From positions 192,001 to 256,000 of the forward strand of contig CAWIIP010000004.1 of the NCBI GenBank assembly GCA_963836235.1: DNA of 64,000 bases, read 5' to 3'. Every line of letters starts with the position of its first letter. Position 1 is the stretch's first letter. The translations under genes and the position numbers were made by a program. Below the pieces are notes generated by a model. That model did no database searches and had not been told where the DNA came from. It was given only the letters and a program-made list of their open reading frames with translations. The stretch comes from an uncultured Pseudomonadota bacterium (lineage in GTDB: Bacteria; Oederibacteriota; Muellerivitia; Muellerivitales; Muellerivitaceae). Shown here piece after piece: positions 9,018-18,151 of the stretch.

Positions 9018-10097
9018 ATGCGTAGCATCACTTTTTTCCAGGCTGGCAATGGGAATTTTTCGCTTGTCCAAGCTGATAACACAAACATTTTGATGGATAT
9101 GAAAAGCACCGAAGATAAGACCTCTTGGGAAATTGTGAAACCGTTTTTAAAGAAAGATGGAAAAAAATACATTTTGGACGTTCTTTCCGTATCGCATGGG
9201 GACCAGGACCATTGTGGTGGCTATACAGAGTTTCAAAAGTTAATGGATGAAGGAAAACTAGTAATCGGTTCTATTTGGCACCCCGACTATGACCGCACTG
9301 AAGTTTCTGAAGAAGAAGAATTGCCTGAGGATTATCTTATGCTCCATAAAGAAATACTTCGGCGTCAAAAAATCAAAAATCCTCAATTTGGGGAAATCCA
9401 AATACCTTTAACAACATTAGATGACGAAAAATCAGCTTTTAACGGTTTACAATTGCCCACTGATTTAAAACTGAAGGTTTTAAATCCTCATCATAAAGAC
9501 CAAGGTGATACTGAGTGGGACGTAAATGATTCAAGTCTAGTAATAAAATTATCCATTTCCGGCTTAAGAGTTTTATTTACTGGGGATTCGAGTTCGGAAG
9601 TTTGGCAAACAAGAATTATTCCTCTGACATTAAAGAAAAACGATAAATCAGATTGGGCAGAAGCTCAAATTTTAGTTGCATCACATCATGGTTCTGCTAC
9701 TTTTTTTGGCGTCGATAGAGAAACTGTTCTTAATGCCAAACCAACTCCTGAAAATTACAAGGCACTAGATTATATTAAACCTGAATTTTTGGTTCTTTCT
9801 GCATCGACAAAATTTCCGACGAGTGGGGATGAATCTGGAGATCTACCCCCTCACTATGCGGCTTGGAAGTGGTATCACAAATGGTTTAGAGAAAATAAGA
9901 ATGTTAAGGAAAGCGATAACCATCCCGATTTGTTCAAATATACGGCTAATGGGCACGTTCGTTTGCAATTGGGCGACGATAAAGAATGGAGATTTAAAGA
10001 AAATTGGACGCCTGATGATGATCCTGATAAAGGTAGCGATGTCCATTTTACAAATAAAGGCGGGGGAACTAAGCGCCAAGAATCAGGGTATGCGTGA
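9018..10097 (+). CDS. ComEC/Rec2-type metallo-beta-lactamase-fold hydrolase
   Basis: SHGDQDH, FTGD, SHHGS motifs; RBS AAGGAG. Confidence 0.85.
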   Translation: MRSITFFQAGNGNFSLVQADNTNILMDMKSTEDKTSWEIVKPFLKKDGKKYILDVLSVSHGDQDHCGGYTEFQKLMDEGKLVIGSIWHPDYDRTEVSEEEELPEDYLMLHKEILRRQKIKNPQFGEIQIPLTTLDDEKSAFNGLQLPTDLKLKVLNPHHKDQGDTEWDVNDSSLVIKLSISGLRVLFTGDSSSEVWQTRIIPLTLKKNDKSDWAEAQILVASHHGSATFFGVDRETVLNAKPTPENYKALDYIKPEFLVLSASTKFPTSGDESGDLPPHYAAWKWYHKWFRENKNVKESDNHPDLFKYTANGHVRLQLGDDKEWRFKENWTPDDDPDKGSDVHFTNKGGGTKRQESGYA

Positions 10098-10105
10098 ATT
10101 GAATA

Positions 10106-11914
10106 ATGACTTCTTTCCCTCCCGGCCTTTCAGAGGCAATTCAAAAAGGTTTATTAAAAGCTGCTTCAACACAATGTTGTGAATTTATTTCTGAAATTCG
10201 GCCTTCGACTAATGAGGGCTATTTTGAAATAGAAGCCATAATTGGTCCTGCGGATGTACCTCTAGGTTCTAGCCCACCAAAATATAAGGTCCGTTTTTTA
10301 ATACCAAAATCCTTCCCATATGACGTAATAGAGACCGTTCCCTTAGACCCAGCGTTAAAGTGGAACCAGCACCAATTTGCTGATGGAGATTATTCAAGGG
10401 CGAATATTATTTGTCCCCCGTCATTAAATAATATACCTGCTGAAGCATTATTCTTCCCTTATATCGAACATGCCTATAGATGGATTACTGATTGTTTATC
10501 GGGGACGCTCATAAAACCATTGGAAGATTATGAATTTCCGCATTTGGGGGAGGAGCCTAGAGGCAACTTCAATTTTTATATTGATATAGACAATTTTCCC
10601 CATTCATGGATTTCAAAAAATAAATTTGGTATGGCCTGGACCACTGAAATAAACGGAAGTAAATCAGGAAAGCTTTATCGTGTAAGGGAACTTGAGGCAA
10701 TAAACCCGCTTGAAGGCCCCAAAAACATAGAATCCAGCATACGAGACAATTGTTTTGTTAACGGGGAAACAAAGGGTTGGATTCCATGGATTTTCGGTGG
10801 CAATCCAGTCTTTAAAGTTCCACATCAACGTTTTCAAAAGCTTTCGGAATTTAGCTTAGAGTTTAGAGATGAATTTTTAAATGCTTGTAAAAATGTAATG
10901 GAAAAACAGTTTACTTTGCCGTATTTACTTTTAGCGTTTGAGATCCCACTTAAATGGTCGGGTACACCAAACAGAATATATTGGACTGCAATGAGTTTGA
11001 AGAAATTTAATGGTTCTTCATTTAAGTGTCCTCCGGGTTTTCGTCCGAAGACCTCTGATTTCAAAACGTGGCCTAATGTTACTCAATTTTTTAGAGAAAA
11101 CAATCCATTGTTACTAAACCATTGCGAAGATATTTCTCCTAACACAATGACATTGAGGAGCGGAGAAGAAAACGTGGATATGAAGTCGAAAAAAATTGTT
11201 ATTGTGGGTGTTGGTTCGCTTGGTTCAATGTTAACAAAATCGATCTCGAAATTAAGCCCGGCTAAAATCAAATTGATTGACAGTGGAAGGATTGAACCGG
11301 GTAATTTAATTCGGCACGAGGCATTAACTTCTCAAGTCGAGGAATTTAAAGCTGATGCAATGAGAATGTTAATAAAACCAATGTTTAAATCCTCTGAGGT
11401 GGTTTCCCTCGCGATTGATATTGTTTCTGGTTTGCCAAAATTTATTGAAGCTATTGCTGATACTGACTTAATACTTGATTGTACTGGAGACGCTGGTTCA
11501 AATTATATGTTGCTAAGTAATTCAAAATTTTTGACTCACAAAGTAGCAATCGCATTTATTAAACCCGGACCTGCTTTTGGGGTTTTAATTTTGAAAAACC
11601 CCGGCCTTAATATTTCTCCCCGCGCCTGTATTGATAAACTTAAAGAAGGAATTCCGGCAGATGTTTGGGAAAGATATAACAGTTCAGATTCTACGGAAAG
11701 CCAAGAAGTAAGAACTGCACCTGGTTGCTATTCAACTACCTTTTCCGCCCCTTATTATAGAATTAGATTGTTGGCCGATATGTTTCTTGCATCTATTCTT
11801 GGATGGTTGAATGGGGGAGCTTCCTCTAGTTTTATTTTATTGTTTGACCAAGTTGTTTCCGAAAGTGGATTAGGCGTAGATATTAAACGCTATGAAGTAA
11901 AAATTAATGATTGA
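10106..11914 (+). CDS. E2-E1(ThiF) fusion, Cap2-like ubiquitin-transferase-like enzyme
   Basis: N-terminal E2-like (FPY..P, ICPP Cys); ThiF GVGSLGS, D..EPGNLIRH, ILDCTG, PGCYSTTF Cys. Confidence 0.85.
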   Translation: MTSFPPGLSEAIQKGLLKAASTQCCEFISEIRPSTNEGYFEIEAIIGPADVPLGSSPPKYKVRFLIPKSFPYDVIETVPLDPALKWNQHQFADGDYSRANIICPPSLNNIPAEALFFPYIEHAYRWITDCLSGTLIKPLEDYEFPHLGEEPRGNFNFYIDIDNFPHSWISKNKFGMAWTTEINGSKSGKLYRVRELEAINPLEGPKNIESSIRDNCFVNGETKGWIPWIFGGNPVFKVPHQRFQKLSEFSLEFRDEFLNACKNVMEKQFTLPYLLLAFEIPLKWSGTPNRIYWTAMSLKKFNGSSFKCPPGFRPKTSDFKTWPNVTQFFRENNPLLLNHCEDISPNTMTLRSGEENVDMKSKKIVIVGVGSLGSMLTKSISKLSPAKIKLIDSGRIEPGNLIRHEALTSQVEEFKADAMRMLIKPMFKSSEVVSLAIDIVSGLPKFIEAIADTDLILDCTGDAGSNYMLLSNSKFLTHKVAIAFIKPGPAFGVLILKNPGLNISPRACIDKLKEGIPADVWERYNSSDSTESQEVRTAPGCYSTTFSAPYYRIRLLADMFLASILGWLNGGASSSFILLFDQVVSESGLGVDIKRYEVKIND

Positions 11915-12503
11915 AAAACCAAGTAGCAATTACAGTTTTAATTTTAAAACAGGCAGTCTCGAAGTGCATTTATCAAATTCTTTAATAGGTCAGCTAAGTC
12001 GTTTATCGAAATCCGCTTTGCCTAATGAAACTGGCGGAACTCTTCTGGGCTATTACAATGATTCAATGAAGATTGCAAATATTACTGAAATTTTGAAATC
12101 TGCCGGAAAACCCAAATCAACTCCAACTTCTTTTATTAGGCCAAGTGATACCAAGGAAACTGAGTCAAATAGAAGAATTTTGGCTTCACGTGGGCGTCTT
12201 TTTTATTTAGGCGAATGGCATTCACATCCAAAAGGGCCACCTTATCCAAGCCCTAATGATTTAATGTCTTGCTTTGAATTAGTTAAATATTCCAGAGTCC
12301 CGACCGAAACACCAATAATGCTTATAATTGGAAATGATCTGTCTGCTAATGTAAACAATATGGCTTGCTGTCTATTGGTGGCGAAAAAAGGCGCATGCGA
12401 AATTCAAAGAGCAGAAAGAATAAACGAACCGATACCACTTAAGAACCAAAGAAAACTTCGATTATTTACCAACGTAAAACTGCGAAAAAAATTGCATCTT
12501 TAA
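11907..12503 (+). CDS. JAB/Mov34 metallo-isopeptidase (Cap3-like)
   Basis: ETGG and GEWHSHP...PSPND JAMM motif. Confidence 0.9.
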   Translation: MIEKPSSNYSFNFKTGSLEVHLSNSLIGQLSRLSKSALPNETGGTLLGYYNDSMKIANITEILKSAGKPKSTPTSFIRPSDTKETESNRRILASRGRLFYLGEWHSHPKGPPYPSPNDLMSCFELVKYSRVPTETPIMLIIGNDLSANVNNMACCLLVAKKGACEIQRAERINEPIPLKNQRKLRLFTNVKLRKKLHL

Positions 12504-12548
12504 TCGAATAAGAATTAGAACCAAGTACGATTACGGGAGGTGTAAGGA

Positions 12549-13238
12549 ATGTGCGTTTGTTACCAGCTAAACCTTCCCATTAAAAACATCGCAAAGGCCT
12601 TCAAGGCAAAACCGCCCAAAGTGACCTGGAATCCCTTGGACAAAATCCGGCCTTCCAACCTGGTTCCCGTGGTTATGGTTAATCCTCCAACAGGGGAGAG
12701 GGTTATTAAGCTAATGACGTGGGGAATGCCTTTTTACGATTTTCAAAAAAAGAAATTGGTTAAGCACCACCTCTTTAACGCTAGGTCCGAAACCATCACC
12801 GAAAAGAAAACCTTCAAAAGCCACTTCCAAAAGGACCGTATCTTGGTTCCGGTTTTTCCCGCCTTTGTTGAATGGCAGGACACCGGAGAAAAGCGAAAGA
12901 AGCCTTATGTGATTGGCCTAAAATCGAATGAGCCCTTTGCTTTTGCGGGTATATGGGGGAAATGGAACATGACCATCGAGGACGACGAAACCATCGAAAA
13001 GAAGTTGAAGGCAAATCCCAAGTATGTCCCGAAAAAAGAGGAAATCGAGTATTACTCAGTTATCACGACAACCCCAAACGAAGTAGTGGCTCCTATTCAC
13101 AACCGTATGCCTTGCATTCTGGACTCCCGGAACTACGATGCTTGGTTGGACCCCAAAATTGACCCGGAGATACTCAGACCCCTTTTGAAGCCCTTCCCAG
13201 CCGAGAAGATGCAAGCTAAACCAACGGGGAAAACCTAA
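12549..13238 (+). CDS. SOS response-associated peptidase (SRAP/YedK)
   Basis: Cys2, FNARSE, FVEW, FAFAGIW, IHNRMP motifs. Confidence 0.9.
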   Translation: MCVCYQLNLPIKNIAKAFKAKPPKVTWNPLDKIRPSNLVPVVMVNPPTGERVIKLMTWGMPFYDFQKKKLVKHHLFNARSETITEKKTFKSHFQKDRILVPVFPAFVEWQDTGEKRKKPYVIGLKSNEPFAFAGIWGKWNMTIEDDETIEKKLKANPKYVPKKEEIEYYSVITTTPNEVVAPIHNRMPCILDSRNYDAWLDPKIDPEILRPLLKPFPAEKMQAKPTGKT

Positions 13239-13275
13239 AAAAAGAATATTCGATTTATAGAGAAAGCTTTATTTT

Positions 13276-13584
13276 ATGAAGAAAAAAAGTTCCTCCCAAA
13301 AAGATCTATTCAATCAAGAACCAGAAAATCCCGATATGGTTCGTTTTATTAAACGAGATCGTAAATGGTCCCGTGAAATTCGTGAGTTGATTGCCACCAC
13401 ATCTTGTCCTCATTGTGGTTCTCGAAAAATCACTTACTTTGAATGGGGCCAAGGCGGTTTTGGACCAGAACACGATAAGCTGGTAGCGGAAGACCTTCTC
13501 ATCCAGAGGGGTTGCATCATGCAGAAGGATGAACCGGAATTTACCTGCCGCGATTGCAAAAAGAATTTCTCTAAAAATCCTTGA
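13276..13584 (+). CDS. Small zinc-ribbon protein
   Basis: CPHC ... GC ... CRDC. Confidence 0.6.
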   Translation: MKKKSSSQKDLFNQEPENPDMVRFIKRDRKWSREIRELIATTSCPHCGSRKITYFEWGQGGFGPEHDKLVAEDLLIQRGCIMQKDEPEFTCRDCKKNFSKNP

Positions 13585-13593
13585 AGTAGGCGT

Positions 13594-14298
13594 TTGAATA
13601 TGAAAATGAAATTTGCTCTCGTAAATGAAGAACGATTGGAGCCCCAGCCGGGCCTCAAAGGTAAGTGTTTCCTTTGTGAAAAACCCGTAGTTGCGAAGTG
13701 CGGAAAGATTAGGATTCCGCATTGGGCTCACCTTGGAAAGCTCGAATGTGACCCCTGGTGGAAGAACAAAACTGATTGGCATATTGATTGGCAAAATAAA
13801 TTTCCTAAGTCTTGGCAGGAATTTGTTCACCAAGCCACAAACGGTGAAAAACACTTTGCTGATGTAAAAACAGACCAAGGTTGGGTTCTTGAATTCCAAC
13901 ATTCCTTCATCAAACCGGACGAAAGAAATTCACGAAATAACTTTTACCCAAAAATAGTTTGGGTTGTAAACGGAATGAGGCGGAAGAATGACCTAAAGAA
14001 ATTTTTTGAAGTTGTAAAAAATAATGGTAAACAACTCAACCCAAAGGCACCAATATTGAAGTTAATGGGTTACTGGGATGAGTCTGCTCTTCTTCGTGAC
14101 TGGGCGGATAGTCCTGTGCCAGTATTCTTTGATTTCGGAGGAACTTCAGACCTTTGTTATTTACTTCCCAAGAGTGCCGATGGATTTCCTGATGTTGTAT
14201 GGTTCCCACGAACGTACTTCCTTGAACTATTTCTGAATGGGGCACAGAAAGTCAAAGATATGAACTTTTGGTTTTCGGATTTTATATCGGGCAATTAG
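13594..14298 (+). CDS. CoiA-like Zn-finger/PD-(D/E)xK nuclease family protein
   Basis: CFLC..KCG..HWAH, WH..WQ, HFADV..VLEFQHS motifs. Confidence 0.75.
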   Translation: MNMKMKFALVNEERLEPQPGLKGKCFLCEKPVVAKCGKIRIPHWAHLGKLECDPWWKNKTDWHIDWQNKFPKSWQEFVHQATNGEKHFADVKTDQGWVLEFQHSFIKPDERNSRNNFYPKIVWVVNGMRRKNDLKKFFEVVKNNGKQLNPKAPILKLMGYWDESALLRDWADSPVPVFFDFGGTSDLCYLLPKSADGFPDVVWFPRTYFLELFLNGAQKVKDMNFWFSDFISGN

Positions 14299-14751
14299 GC
14301 AAAACCGCAGCCCCAAACACCAAGCCAACCTCCTCCTCAAGTACAAATTGATCCCAACAGCCTTCAAGCTTACGTTCAACGTAAAATAGCCAGGGAGAAT
14401 TGATTTCGGAGACGATTTTAAGGGGCTTAACGCGAAAATATGCTGACCGCAGCGACAGTCTGGGTAGGTAAGTATCCCTTGGCTAAGGACGAGGAACAGT
14501 ACAAAGACCAATCAGCAGAGTTAGTATTTATTACTGGTCGCAGTGTATGGCCGTACCGAATCAGTGAAGTGGTAGAAGCTTTTTGGGATCAAACTTATGA
14601 AGGAGCTGTTAGCACCATCCCTGTTCCACTGATAGTTTGAAGCTGTTTCTGCACTTCGAAGCCCGAAATTGTAAGCAATAAACCCCGAACGATGGCTCTG
14701 GTGAGATAATAGAGTGCTTTTATACTAGGGAGATATATTCGGCGGTAAGTC

Positions 14752-16227
14752 TTGAAAATCCTCATCGACACCAACATCGTTATTCCTCTTGAACCGGCAT
14801 CCACAGGCGACTTAGAGCCGGGTACCATCCTTGCCGCTGAATTTCATCGTTTGGCCGCCAAAGCGGGTCACCAGCTATTCATCCATCCCTTAATCCGACT
14901 GGATATTGATCGTGACCGCGATAGTGCTCGGGCTGACCTGCGTCGACAGTTAATTGGGAAATATAGCCAGTTAAATAACCCCCCAACCATTATTCAAAGA
15001 CCGATTCCGCCATTAGAGGCACCTGCCCAAGATAGTAATGATTGGGTTGATGTAAACCTATTGGTGGCATTGGACTCTAATGCCGTGGATATATTGGTGA
15101 CCGATGATGAAGATATCCATCGGAAGGCCTTGAAGGTTGGTTTGCAATCCAAGGTTGCGCGACTGCCAGATATGGTGGCGTCGCTAAAAGACCTGTTTGA
15201 TAAGGTTCATGAGCCGCCACCGGCAGTTGACTTCACTGAAGCTTATACTTTGAACGAGAGCGACCCGATATTTAATAGCGTGAGAGAGAGCTATGGAGCT
15301 GAGTTTGATCCTTGGTTACAGAAATGCAAGGCCCAACATCGGCACTGTTTTGTCATTCAGGATAAGTCGGCGGGAAAGTATGTCGGTGTGGCTATTCTGA
15401 ATAGAGAAGATGGCGCTTATGGTCTTGTGGGGAAGACCTTAAAACTCTGTACTTTTAAAATAGCGGACGAATATGGTGGGTACCGATACGGGGAATTGTT
15501 GTTGAAAGCTGTTTTTGATTATGCGGTAAACAACCAATACGATGGCGTATTTGTAACGGCTTATCCTGACAAAGATCGTTTGATTCGAACGTTTCAAGAT
15601 TTTGGGTTTCAAATTGTTGAGCAAGGTGCCCAAGTGGTTCTTGTGAAGCGATTCACTTATACACGGGCTGAATACGATTTGGTTGAACCGCTAGTTTTCC
15701 ATACTCTTTATGGGCCGATGGCGACTAAATTTGAGGGAAACAACACTCACATTGTCCCAATTCAGCCGGAATTTCATAAGCTCTTGTTCCCGGAATATGA
15801 ACCACAACCCGAACTGTTCCCAGGCCAGCATCCCTGTGGGAACAGTATCAAGAAGGCTTACCTGTGTCATTCGGCTACCCGTCAATTAAAACCAGGGGAT
15901 AATCTTTTGTTCTATCGGTCCGAGGATGATAAAGCGATAACAGCGGTGGGAATCGTTGAGGAGTTCATTGTTTCTTCTTCTGCGGATGAGATTGCCCAAT
16001 ATGTAAGCACAAGAACGGTCTATTCTTATGATGACATTAAAGCTATGTGCGAAACGGAAACATTGGCGATTAAATTCCGACTTGTTAAAATCGTTAAGCC
16101 GGTTATCCCGCTTAAGGACTTAAAGAAAAATAAGGTGGTAAAAGAACATCCGCAGGCTATTCACAAGATTAAAACAGGGAGTGCTGAATGGGTAAGAGAA
16201 GCGACGAGCCTTCAACCGAAGTATTGA
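14752..16227 (+). CDS. PIN-GNAT-EVE/PUA-like multidomain protein
   Basis: ILIDTN and D..L..LVTDD (PIN); LKLCTFK..GYRYGELLL..FQDFGF (GNAT); KAYLCH..LKPGDNLLFYRS (EVE/PUA); TTG start. Confidence 0.75.
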   Translation: MKILIDTNIVIPLEPASTGDLEPGTILAAEFHRLAAKAGHQLFIHPLIRLDIDRDRDSARADLRRQLIGKYSQLNNPPTIIQRPIPPLEAPAQDSNDWVDVNLLVALDSNAVDILVTDDEDIHRKALKVGLQSKVARLPDMVASLKDLFDKVHEPPPAVDFTEAYTLNESDPIFNSVRESYGAEFDPWLQKCKAQHRHCFVIQDKSAGKYVGVAILNREDGAYGLVGKTLKLCTFKIADEYGGYRYGELLLKAVFDYAVNNQYDGVFVTAYPDKDRLIRTFQDFGFQIVEQGAQVVLVKRFTYTRAEYDLVEPLVFHTLYGPMATKFEGNNTHIVPIQPEFHKLLFPEYEPQPELFPGQHPCGNSIKKAYLCHSATRQLKPGDNLLFYRSEDDKAITAVGIVEEFIVSSSADEIAQYVSTRTVYSYDDIKAMCETETLAIKFRLVKIVKPVIPLKDLKKNKVVKEHPQAIHKIKTGSAEWVREATSLQPKY

Positions 16228-16691
16228 TTTCGATTTACCAGAAATATGCGGAAGCCATATTGAAAGGTGAGAAAATCATTGAATTTCGCAAAGCGCAATT
16301 CCCAAAAAACGTATCCCGTGTCTATCTATATTCCACGAGCCCCGTTCAAAAGGTCATCGGTCATTTTGATGTAAAAGACGTTCTTCGAGCTAGTCCTCGG
16401 AGTTTGTGGAACGAATACGGGAAACATGGCTCGATCGGTTATGCTGATTATGTTAATTACTATGGAGACGCGGAAGAGGCTTGTGGAATACTTGTTAAGA
16501 GTGTCGTTCGATATTTGCGACCGGTGGATTTAAAGGAAATTGATCCCTCAATGTCGGTACCACAAAGTTATCGTTACCTTACTGAGGATCTTATTGAAAA
16601 GCTGGAAAGTAAATCTTTAAAAAATCGATCAAGCTATTTTTCACGAATAGTTTCCTCTGCATTTGGATTGGGAAAGATGTTTGCGAGGTAA
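16188..16691 (+). CDS. ASCH domain protein
   Basis: LISI..YAEAILKGEKIIEFRK, YSTSPVQKVIG, PQSYRYL. Confidence 0.85.
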   Translation: MGKRSDEPSTEVLISIYQKYAEAILKGEKIIEFRKAQFPKNVSRVYLYSTSPVQKVIGHFDVKDVLRASPRSLWNEYGKHGSIGYADYVNYYGDAEEACGILVKSVVRYLRPVDLKEIDPSMSVPQSYRYLTEDLIEKLESKSLKNRSSYFSRIVSSAFGLGKMFAR

Positions 16692-16953
16692 CTTGGTAAG
16701 ATTTTATAGAACACCATTCCTTCTCCTATATTCGACATTGTGCGATCAAGCTTATAAGTGGGGCATTTCTACTTGGGCTAAGGTTATTTTTTAAGTGGCT
16801 TTTTCTAACTATTCTAGAATCTCTGATTTCATTGTTTTGGATGGGCCAGTTATTGAAAAAGTGATGCGATTATTGATTTAGCAAAAATGGCAAAGGGACA
16901 ATAAACAAAAATCCAATCCAACAATTGAAGCTTTTTAAAAAGAAAGGAATTTC

Positions 16954-17799
16954 ATGGAAGCCAATGACGATATGTTTACAACTATTCTTGGTTTAATTAT
17001 TAGTCTGATAATTTCATGGAGCATTGGGCTTTTCCTTCCGATTCTGATTCGCTACGTTTTTTATAAACGGGCCCTTTCAAAAAAAGAGGCTGGTTGGTTT
17101 GCCTTTGCGAATTCTTTTTTAAATTTTATCCTCTCAGTGACAATGGCAATCGCATTCCCCGATTATTGGAAACTTTCCAACGAAAAAAACTTGTTATTGC
17201 CTTACGTTATCTTATTTTTTGGTGCCCGGTGGGTAATGACCAGGCCAACAGCTCCCCCGAAAATTAAAAAGGCTGAAGAAAAAAAGGTGCCGGTGGAGCA
17301 TTTAAGTTTGGGACGGAAGACTTTTCGATTTTTTTGGAAAACCGTTTTTTGTTTGGCTGGAACCTGGTTGGGGGTTCTATGGATAATCACTATTTACGCG
17401 ATGCTGAAGAAAGACATTGAAAACGAATTATTTACTTCCGGCTTTGTAATGTTTGTTTCCCGGTCTAGCTCCTTGGCGCTAATAACCTTTGAGTTGATAA
17501 TCTCCCTCTATCTGTTTTCGTATATTATTCAAAAAACTCTGTTGGTGAAAATTATTAGATTTATTGAATGGATAATTTTTATAATCTTTTTGATTATGGG
17601 AACGGTAGGGATTGCAAATTACTTATTTATGTTTTTGAAGGGGGAAGGGTTTTACCCGGGAACTATTATTTTCAATCTGTTTTTTGTTGGTATTTGTTTA
17701 TTGGTTTTGTGGCATCTGTTTAAGATTCCGGCTTCGACGAGAATTTATCAAAATTTGAAAATTAGTTGGACCAACAATAAAGCTTTAAAAATGCCATGA
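16954..17799 (+). CDS. Hypothetical multi-pass membrane protein
   Basis: About 7 hydrophobic segments; RBS AAGGA. Confidence 0.6.
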   Translation: MEANDDMFTTILGLIISLIISWSIGLFLPILIRYVFYKRALSKKEAGWFAFANSFLNFILSVTMAIAFPDYWKLSNEKNLLLPYVILFFGARWVMTRPTAPPKIKKAEEKKVPVEHLSLGRKTFRFFWKTVFCLAGTWLGVLWIITIYAMLKKDIENELFTSGFVMFVSRSSSLALITFELIISLYLFSYIIQKTLLVKIIRFIEWIIFIIFLIMGTVGIANYLFMFLKGEGFYPGTIIFNLFFVGICLLVLWHLFKIPASTRIYQNLKISWTNNKALKMP

Positions 17800-17860
17800 G
17801 ATGGGAGAATTCATTTGTCAGAACTTAGAAGAACACATTTCATTTATAAAAAAGGCACCC

Positions 17861-17889
17861 TTGACGAACCCACCCCATCCGTATACTCT
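17861..17889 (+). promoter_or_regulatory. Sigma70-like promoter
   Basis: TTGACG-17 nt-TACTCT; overlapped by inverted repeat ACTCTTAA/TTAAGAGT (17885-17908). Confidence 0.5.
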
Positions 17890-17910
17890 TAAATTAGTCA
17901 TTAAGAGTTG

Positions 17911-18007
17911 GGCTGGCGCCCATACCAACCTGCCTACCCCGGCAAGGTGGTTCGCTTTCAAAAGCGGATGAGGCCCCCGAAGGGCAACTTTAGCGGGACT
18001 GCCAGCC
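17911..18007 (+). ncRNA. Candidate structured RNA / cis-regulatory leader of unknown family
   Basis: Closing helix GGCTGGC/GCCAGCC enclosing three hairpins; sits between a promoter and a terminator. Confidence 0.45.
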
Positions 18008-18037
18008 TTCCTGAATTTTCAGGTGGGCTTTTTTATT
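18004..18037 (+). terminator. Rho-independent terminator
   Basis: AGCCTTCCTGAA-TT-TTCAGGTGGGCT followed by TTTTTATT. Confidence 0.65.
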
Positions 18038-18151
18038 GCCCGGAATTGGAGGAAATGCAAAACCAAAAAATTTTGTAAGGCTGGATTTAACCAACTTGTC
18101 CCGGCCAGGCTCCCGGAAAGGAACCAAAAGGGACTAAAAAGGAGATTTAAA

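Noticed and set aside
9018-12503. Canonical type II CBASS
   Set aside because: No CD-NTase nucleotidyltransferase motif in any neighbouring ORF
14440-14640. Functional 66-aa gene (WVGKYP, possibly a HEPN-like remnant)
   Set aside because: No RBS and looks like a fragment; family cannot be supported
17911-18007. c-di-GMP-I riboswitch, retron msr/msd or second hammerhead
   Set aside because: Lacks the GGCAAAC/GAAA/GCAAAG pattern; no reverse transcriptase in the window; CGGAUGAG-stem is not followed by GAAA
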